A DNA stretch of 49,124 nt, from contig CANQVR010000001.1 in assembly GCA_947627375.1 (NCBI GenBank), forward strand, positions 1 to 49,124. Direction: 5' to 3'. Of this stretch, positions 1 through 4,843 are shown one piece after another. Positions within the stretch are counted from its first letter, which is position 1; each line of letters begins with the position of its first letter. The position numbers and the translations under genes were made by a program. The stretch comes from an uncultured Bacilli bacterium (GTDB lineage: Bacteria; Bacillota_I; Bacilli_A; RF39; UBA660). Under the pieces are notes generated by a model, which was not told the origin of the DNA, made no database searches, and worked only from the letters and a program-made list of their open reading frames with translations.

Positions 1-3
1 AAC

Positions 4-79
4 TGGTGGCTCCAGCGGGAATCGAACCAGCGACACAGGGATTTTCAGTCCCTTGCTCTACCGACTGAGCTATGAAGCC
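4..79 (-). tRNA. tRNA-Phe (anticodon GAA), CCA encoded
   Basis: Reverse complement GGCTTCATAGCTCAGTCGGTAGAGCAAGGGACTGAAAATCCCT...GGTTCGATTCCC...CCACCA folds as a cloverleaf. Anticodon loop is CTGAAAA. Confidence 0.95.
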
Positions 80-88
80 AAAATATAA

Positions 89-165
89 TGGCGGTTCCTA
101 CGGGACTCGAACCCGCGATCTTCTGCGTGACAGGCAGACGTGTTAACCAGCTGCACCAAGGAACC
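89..165 (-). tRNA. tRNA-Asp (anticodon GUC), CCA encoded
   Basis: Reverse complement GGTTCCTTGGTGCAGC...TCTGC-CTGTCAC-GCAGA...GGTTCGAGTCCCGTAGGAACCGCCA. Anticodon stem pairs and the loop carries GTC. Confidence 0.95.
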
Positions 166-169
166 AAAT

Positions 170-246
170 TGGTTGCGGGAAGAGGATTTGAACCTCTGAC
201 CTCTGGGTTATGAGCCCAACGAGCTACCGGACTGCTCTATCCCGCG
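170..246 (-). tRNA. Initiator tRNA-fMet (anticodon CAU)
   Basis: Reverse complement CGCGGGATAGAGCAG...TTGGG-CTCATAA-CCCAG...CCCGCAACCA. It has the C1xA72 mismatch and GGG/CCC in the anticodon stem, which are bacterial initiator hallmarks. Confidence 0.9.
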
Positions 247-259
247 ATGTAAATTTAAA

Positions 260-352
260 TGGCGGAGGAAAAGGGATTCGAACCCCTGCGCCGATTGCTC
301 GACCTCCTGGTTTTCAAGACCAGTCCCTTCAGCCAGACTTGGGTATTCCTCC
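260..352 (-). tRNA. tRNA-Ser (anticodon UGA), long variable arm
   Basis: Reverse complement GGAGGAATACCCAAGTCTGGCTGAAGGGACTGGT-CTTGAAA-ACCAG..., 93 nt with an extra arm, GGTTCGAATCCC T-arm and CCA. Confidence 0.95.
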
Positions 353-356
353 GTTA

Positions 357-374
357 TGGTGCCTAAGGCCGGAC
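357..374. repeat. Prophage att core, left copy (orphan 3' end of tRNA-Leu)
   Basis: TGGTGCCTAAGGCCGGAC is identical to 35227..35244, the 3' end of the intact tRNA-Leu. Identity stops on both sides of the 18 bp. Confidence 0.9.
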
Positions 375-395
375 GTAAATCCCCTTGGCAAAACT

Positions 396-425
396 ACTAT
401 ATCATTATATTATATAGTTTGTCAA
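396..425 (-). promoter_or_regulatory. Outward-facing sigma-A-type promoter at the prophage edge, aimed at tRNA-Ser/fMet/Asp/Phe
   Basis: The minus strand reads TTGACA (420..425), an 18-nt spacer ending in TGa, then TATAGT (396..401). It lies in phage DNA about 20 bp inside the att core and points out of the prophage. Confidence 0.55.
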
Positions 426-475
426 CGATTTTTTTCCATTTTTTACTCTATTTTTCCGTCCATTTCACCCACTTC

Positions 476-498
476 GGAGTAATTTTGGAGTAATTTTG
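476..498 (+). repeat. Tandem GGAGTAATTTTG motif x2 (candidate integrase arm-type sites)
   Basis: GGAGTAATTTTG occurs at 476..487 and 487..498. The same 12-mer occurs at 35164..35175 near the other att end, in the same orientation. Confidence 0.5.
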
Positions 499-509
499 TT
501 AATAAAATT

Positions 510-977
510 ATGCAATGTAAATATTTTAGAAAAAGAGTAAAAAAGAAACAATACTACTATTATTGTGTTAAACAAAAAAAGATAATCTATCATAGTAATT
601 GTAATAATTGTAAGTATAAAGAATACAAGATTTATAAACCTATTAAGAAAAGAACATATAAGCAATCTAAGAAAGAAAAAACACGATATAGTATAATTTA
701 TACTAATCTAAATAAATGTGCTGAATGTGGCTCTATATATAATATAGAAAGGAACGAAGTTTTTGAGGGGGCTTATAGAGGACGATCTATTAAGTATGGC
801 ATGATTGCGCCATTTTGTCATGATTGCCATAATAGGTTTCATAATGATTATGAAATGAACCTTAGATACAAAGTACGTTTTCAACAAGAATTTTTAAAAA
901 ATCATACCAGAGATGAGTTCATAAATATTTTTAAACAAGATTATATTTATATACAAAAAGTTCACAAAAACGATTGA
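510..977 (+). CDS. Cys/His-rich zinc-binding protein (NinG/HNH-like suspected); function unknown
   Basis: 155-aa ORF on the strand opposite the late genes. It has CxxC...CxxC and CAECG...CHDCHNRFH motifs, a basic N-terminal half, and no obvious SD. Confidence 0.55.
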   Translation: MQCKYFRKRVKKKQYYYYCVKQKKIIYHSNCNNCKYKEYKIYKPIKKRTYKQSKKEKTRYSIIYTNLNKCAECGSIYNIERNEVFEGAYRGRSIKYGMIAPFCHDCHNRFHNDYEMNLRYKVRFQQEFLKNHTRDEFINIFKQDYIYIQKVHKND

Positions 978-1082
978 TTTATTTTCGTATGTATGATATT
1001 TTTAAACAAGAGATATGATCTTAATAGTTAGGTGCACATCTCCGCTATATATTTTAAATATGTAGTTAAGGAGGTGATGCCT

Positions 1083-1121
1083 ATGCCGCACTATATATTT
1101 TTAACTTTAAGGTATTTCTAA
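1083..1121 (+). CDS. 12-codon leader ORF (MPHYIFLTLRYF) with a near-perfect SD
   Basis: AAGGAGGTGA lies at 1068..1077, with 8 nt between GGAGG and the ATG at 1083. The stop TAA directly abuts the ATG of the next ORF in the same frame. Confidence 0.35.
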   Translation: MPHYIFLTLRYF

Positions 1122-1193
1122 ATGGAATATTTAATAGTTGCGGTTATTATCTTAGTAGTTATACTGCTTATGATAATAGCCGTTAAGAAATAA
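1122..1193 (+). CDS. 23-aa hydrophobic peptide MEYLIVAVIILVVILLMIIAVKK (candidate type I toxin)
   Basis: Single predicted TM helix with a KK tail. The ATG is fused to the stop of the leader ORF (TAA-ATG). A convergent promoter and terminators lie downstream. Confidence 0.4.
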   Translation: MEYLIVAVIILVVILLMIIAVKK

Positions 1194-1200
1194 TAGGGGG

Positions 1201-1247
1201 TAAAAAGACAAAAGCACCTAACTTCAAAAAATGAAGTTTAAGGTGCT
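1201..1247 (-). terminator. Intrinsic terminator, minus strand
   Basis: The minus strand reads AGCACCTTAAACTTCA-ttttt-TGAAGTTAGGTGCT (14-bp stem with a 2-nt bulge) followed by TTTGTCTTTTTA. Confidence 0.6.
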
Positions 1248-1267
1248 ATCCAAAAAAGCGGAGACAC

Positions 1268-1307
1268 ACCTAACGACGAAAATTAGGTTGTATCTCTTTT
1301 TTATTTT
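1268..1307 (+). terminator. Weak intrinsic terminator, plus strand
   Basis: ACCTAA-cgacgaaaa-TTAGGT followed by tgtatcTCTTTTTTATTTT. The stem is short. Confidence 0.35.
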
Positions 1308-1352
1308 ATGAAAGAACATAAAATAAATACATTTTTTCAAGAAATGTTTATT

Positions 1353-1380
1353 ATTATACAACATTTCCTAAAAAAGTCAA
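1353..1380 (-). promoter_or_regulatory. Near-consensus sigma-A promoter, minus strand
   Basis: The reverse complement reads TTGACT-tttttaggaaatgttg-TATAAT with a 16-nt spacer. Confidence 0.55.
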
Positions 1381-1528
1381 TATAGAATGAGAAAAAATAG
1401 TATAATTACTAACCACACAGCTACTATCTCATATATTAAATATAACACAATTTATGAAAAAGTAAATACTTTTAATGAAAAATATTGAAAATTATAGTCA
1501 ATTATTAAAAAATATGAACTTTTATAAC

Positions 1529-1567
1529 ATAAAAAAAGACTTAAGAAATAATTAAATCTCTTAAGTC
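1529..1567 (-). terminator. Intrinsic terminator of the late/lysis operon
   Basis: GACTTAAGA...TCTTAAGTC forms a 9-bp stem immediately after the endolysin stop, followed on the minus strand by TTTTTTTAT. Confidence 0.65.
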
Positions 1568-1570
1568 CTT

Positions 1571-2461
1571 TTAATTGTTAGATACTTCATAAAGAGGTCC
1601 ACAATCGCACCTAAATCTCACTCCATCAGCTTCAAGTGTTGCTACACCATTTTTTAGATATTTAGTAGGTAAATCAGTTGCTACTACATTAAATATTTTA
1701 TCACAGGTCCAATAACCTCCTACTCTTAATACCCCATTATAATTTGGATTAGATCCATCAGCATTACACGTTGCTAAAGGCCCACATGGAATATAATCAT
1801 TAGCATCACATGGAGCACCATAACAAGTAGCATAACTCCCTACTGCGCCATTTGGATATTTATCATTAGGTTTTATTACTTCATTAATTTTAAATACTCC
1901 ATTGAATTTAACCTTGGATCCTACTCTTATTATTTGATCTGCTCCACTGCTAGAAGTACCACCATTTAATTTTTGCTGCACTTTGTTTACAAAAGTATTC
2001 CAATCACAAGGATTGCCTCTTCTAATATCATAAGGGCAATCTTTACCAGTCCAATGATTATGCTGATAAAGATAAGCACTCGCATTACTTACACCATATC
2101 TTTGCAGTATTTGTGCACAAAGCTCTGCAGCATTTTCAGTAGCCTGCAGAATATTACCATCAGAATTATCACATATTTCAATATTTATAGTTTTCATGTT
2201 ACCATCACCACGACCATCGCCTGCACACCACGCTACTTCGTTTTCAGGTATACATCTAACTGCTCTTGTATCATCAATTACATAATGCCAAGAGGTATAA
2301 TTACTCTTCCAGCTACCCCTTAATAGATTAGCATGAGCTATTGCGTTAGCTCCTTTATTCCAATTTGATGTGTTGTGAACTGTTATTCCTCGAAATCCAG
2401 TTCTTGAAAGTCCTGAACGACAATTATATCCTAAAGGCGCTAGCATTTCGATTATTTCCAT
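1571..2461 (-). CDS. Endolysin: N-acetylmuramoyl-L-alanine amidase (Amidase_2/PGRP type) plus a Cys-rich C-terminal domain
   Basis: The N-terminus MEIIEMLAP...ITVHNT...HYVIDD...AWCAGDG...EICD...HNHWTGKDCP matches PlyL-type amidases as I remember them. It is the last gene of the late operon. I chose the ATG at 2461 rather than the track start at 2491. Confidence 0.85.
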   Translation of the reverse strand: MEIIEMLAPLGYNCRSGLSRTGFRGITVHNTSNWNKGANAIAHANLLRGSWKSNYTSWHYVIDDTRAVRCIPENEVAWCAGDGRGDGNMKTINIEICDNSDGNILQATENAAELCAQILQRYGVSNASAYLYQHNHWTGKDCPYDIRRGNPCDWNTFVNKVQQKLNGGTSSSGADQIIRVGSKVKFNGVFKINEVIKPNDKYPNGAVGSYATCYGAPCDANDYIPCGPLATCNADGSNPNYNGVLRVGGYWTCDKIFNVVATDLPTKYLKNGVATLEADGVRFRCDCGPLYEVSNN

Positions 2462-2462
2462 T

Positions 2463-2564
2463 TTATTCATCATCTCCCTTGCCGTCTTCAATTATTCCAT
2501 TTTTTATTCCATCTAAAAAAGCTTCCTCATTTGAAAGCTCTGCGTGTTTTTCAAAAGTAGCCAT
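2463..2564 (-). CDS. Small acidic protein (33 aa), unknown
   Basis: AGGAGGA lies 9 nt upstream of the ATG at 2564. The ORF fills the gap between holin and endolysin, and its stop is 1 nt before the endolysin ATG. Confidence 0.45.
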   Translation of the reverse strand: MATFEKHAELSNEEAFLDGIKNGIIEDGKGDDE

Positions 2565-2566
2565 GA

Positions 2567-2773
2567 TTACCATTCCTCCTTTTCATCATTATATTTTTTA
2601 GTAGAAATGCCAAGTAATACTCCTAAGAATGTATCTATTGCTGTAATAGTTCCAACTATCTCTTCACCATAAGGTAAGTGCCAAATACTTGCTAATGCAA
2701 AATATAAAGTTCCAAGCGCTGGTAAAACTATTTGTGCTATATATTTCAATTTATCATAAGTTTCATTCTTCAT
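2567..2773 (-). CDS. Holin (Dp-1/LL-H-like small holin)
   Basis: 68 aa with two hydrophobic segments (IAQIVLPALGTLYFALASIW and GTITAIDTFLGVLLGI) and a charged C-terminus. It lies directly upstream of the endolysin. The start at 2773 has better SD spacing than 2782. Confidence 0.75.
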   Translation of the reverse strand: MKNETYDKLKYIAQIVLPALGTLYFALASIWHLPYGEEIVGTITAIDTFLGVLLGISTKKYNDEKEEW

Positions 2774-3071
2774 TATTATCATCTCCTTCTTTTACATCAT
2801 TTAATATATATTTTTCACACAACTTTTTTGTATAACTATCATAGCCTTTAGCTAAATAACTATCGCACACTTCTGCTCTTTCAACTTTAGGTATTTCTCT
2901 ATTCCAAATAATGGACTTTTGTGCTAATTTAGTAGTTGATTCTAAAATCTCATTTTGATCATTAAACCATGTCCCTATCTTCCAAAAGCCACCTAAAATC
3001 ACTGTCAAAATAGTTGTGAGTAATATAAAATATTTCCAATTTTTTTCTAAATTAGACATAAATTTATCCAT
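2763..3071 (-). CDS. Membrane-anchored protein, unknown (lysis-module neighbour)
   Basis: 102-aa ORF with an N-terminal TM segment (WKYFILLTTILTVILGGFW) and an acidic tail. Confidence 0.6.
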   Translation of the reverse strand: MDKFMSNLEKNWKYFILLTTILTVILGGFWKIGTWFNDQNEILESTTKLAQKSIIWNREIPKVERAEVCDSYLAKGYDSYTKKLCEKYILNDVKEGDDNNEE

Positions 3072-3103
3072 TTACAGTGCTATCCTCCTTTTTGTTTTAT
3101 ATA

Positions 3104-3511
3104 TTATTTTTTTGTATATTCTGCAACAATATAAAATGTTTCTAAAATATTATTAGCATACGCCTTTTGTTCTATTCCTATTTGCGTAGAAGATATGTAT
3201 AACATTATATCTACGTCACTTGTTGTTGGATAAGGAAGCGGAAACCAAAAAGTGGTTGGCGCAGGTTTGCAAAATCCATACAACTTAATAGGAACATCAA
3301 AATCAGATATGTTATGATTAATATAATATTTATTATTACTGAATTGCGGATTCTTAAAAGTAAAAACTTTTCTATAAATATCTTTATCGTCAACCCACTT
3401 TTGTCCTGTTTTTATTTCTTCGCTTATAGAAAATTTACCCGAATTCTCATATCTAGGAATTCTTGGATTTAATATTTCTCCTGCTTTATTTTTCAATACA
3501 TTTAATGCCAT
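3104..3511 (-). CDS. Paralog C of the triplicated small-protein cassette (candidate receptor-binding/fibre-tip protein)
   Basis: The N-terminus MALNVLKNKAGEILNPRIPRYE is shared with 3539..3949 and 3974..4366. The C-terminal ~110 aa are unrelated. Confidence 0.7.
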   Translation of the reverse strand: MALNVLKNKAGEILNPRIPRYENSGKFSISEEIKTGQKWVDDKDIYRKVFTFKNPQFSNNKYYINHNISDFDVPIKLYGFCKPAPTTFWFPLPYPTTSDVDIMLYISSTQIGIEQKAYANNILETFYIVAEYTKK

Positions 3512-3538
3512 ATTATCGGCTTATATTTTTCTCTTTTT

Positions 3539-3949
3539 TTAAGAAATATGATTTTTTAATTTTATACCGTAAACGCCTGTTAGGTGTCCAGTTCCAAAGG
3601 CTGCCTTGAATATATTACTTATATTTATTGAAGTGTCAGTATCAAAATATAGCTCAATAGTAATATAAGCACTTGCTTGTTCCATATAACATAAATCTAT
3701 CATTTGAGTTGATACAATCATAGTTTGTCTTATGAAATGAAGCTCCCCTTTTTCAACTATTGTAGGAGTGTTTGACGCACTTATTTCTATAGCAATTATG
3801 TCATAATTTCTTATACTATCTTTTAAATTAATTTTTCCAGTAGTTGTTTGATTGCCACTCCATAATTCATATATTCCATGTTTTTCATATCTAGGAATTC
3901 TTGGATTTAATATATTTCCTAACTTGTCTTTCAATACATTTAATGCCAT
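3539..3949 (-). CDS. Paralog B of the triplicated small-protein cassette
   Basis: The N-terminus is MALNVLKDKLGNILNPRIPRYEK. It shares 21-nt and 29-nt identical DNA blocks with paralog C at the 5' end. Confidence 0.7.
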   Translation of the reverse strand: MALNVLKDKLGNILNPRIPRYEKHGIYELWSGNQTTTGKINLKDSIRNYDIIAIEISASNTPTIVEKGELHFIRQTMIVSTQMIDLCYMEQASAYITIELYFDTDTSINISNIFKAAFGTGHLTGVYGIKLKNHIS

Positions 3950-3973
3950 AATTATTCATTATCGGCTATATGC

Positions 3974-4366
3974 TTATGGTATAGGTACTAATTTAACTAT
4001 AATGCATCTTGCATGTTCTCCACCTGAATTTGATAAAGTCCTAGCAAATGTATAACTTATATTTTTTTTACATTTCCAAACACCTCTTGCAATAAGAGGT
4101 CTACTTGCTGTATTACCACCCGCTTGTATATTGGTGAAAGAGAATATTTCCTCAGCATCTCCTACAGTATTTACTATATTAATTCTATTATCTCCTCCAT
4201 TGTTTCCCCAAGTAGCGCAATCACACATTATTTCTGCATAACAATTGAATTTTGGTGTGAAAGTGATACTTTCATTAGTAGACGTTATATATTCAATCGG
4301 CTTTTCATACCTTGGGATATGTGGGTTTAAAATATTTCCTAACTTGTCTTTTAGTACGTTACTCAT
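3974..4366 (-). CDS. Paralog A of the triplicated small-protein cassette
   Basis: The N-terminus is MSNVLKDKLGNILNPHIPRYEK. The SD GTGAGGT lies 7 nt upstream of the ATG at 4366; the track start at 4372 is too close to the SD. Confidence 0.7.
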   Translation of the reverse strand: MSNVLKDKLGNILNPHIPRYEKPIEYITSTNESITFTPKFNCYAEIMCDCATWGNNGGDNRINIVNTVGDAEEIFSFTNIQAGGNTASRPLIARGVWKCKKNISYTFARTLSNSGGEHARCIIVKLVPIP

Positions 4367-4448
4367 AAACATACCTCACTTTTAAAAGAAGAGAAAAACT
4401 ATTTTTAAGCCTTTCCCTCCTTTCTTGAGGAGTTAGTCGATAATACGA

Positions 4449-4457
4449 CCCCCCCCC
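4449..4457 (-). repeat. Homopolymeric G9 (C9 on the plus strand) tract
   Basis: Nine consecutive C at 4449..4457 in the intergenic region upstream of paralog A. This is the only long G/C homopolymer I saw in the window. Confidence 0.9.
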
Positions 4458-4504
4458 GTTAATTTTTAGTAAACTTTTCATAATTTATCACTTTCCTTTC
4501 TTTT

Positions 4505-4828
4505 TTAATCTGAAGCAGCAATTGCTGCTTGTAATTCTTCATCAGTACATGTACTATAAACAACTACATCATCAAAATTAAAATTTGCAATGTCTTCTAC
4601 TTTTTCTTCTAACGTAGTTACTTTAGTCTTTAAAGCTTCTTCTGATTTTTTTATTTCATCATCCTTTTTAGATAATGCATCTGCTTTTTCGGTTATAGTT
4701 TTATTCAACTCAGTTACCTTTTCTTCCACTTCAGTTGCATCATACATTTTCCTTGCAAACTCTAAACTAATCTCCGTATCAGTCGCCTTTACATTAATAT
4801 CTTCTGATTTTTTTAAATTCCTTGCCAT
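4505..4828 (-). CDS. Acidic coiled-coil protein, unknown (tail-fibre module)
   Basis: 107-aa ORF, E/K-rich with a heptad-like pattern, lying between the fibre gene and the paralog cassette. Confidence 0.6.
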   Translation of the reverse strand: MARNLKKSEDINVKATDTEISLEFARKMYDATEVEEKVTELNKTITEKADALSKKDDEIKKSEEALKTKVTTLEEKVEDIANFNFDDVVVYSTCTDEELQAAIAASD

Positions 4829-4843
4829 ATCAACTTATCCTTT

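Larger units (their letters stand above)
1201..1346 (-). ncRNA. Candidate ~140-nt antisense sRNA (putative antitoxin RNA)
   Basis: It is bounded by the promoter TTGACT-16-TATAAT (1353..1380) and the terminator 1201..1247. It contains no ORF and is complementary to the 3' UTR of the plus-strand peptide transcript. Confidence 0.4.

Noticed and set aside
210-482. 90-aa plus-strand ORF from the track
   Set aside because: It lies entirely across the tRNA-fMet and tRNA-Ser genes and the att remnant. Its high GC comes from the tRNA sequence. It has no SD and is an artefact.
465-665. 66-aa minus-strand ORF antisense to the zinc-finger gene
   Set aside because: It is a low-complexity I/F/L-rich shadow ORF in AT-rich DNA with no SD. 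It overlaps a better plus-strand ORF.
3211-3393. 60-aa minus-strand ORF inside paralog C in another frame
   Set aside because: It is fully nested in a longer ORF that has paralog support, and it has no SD.
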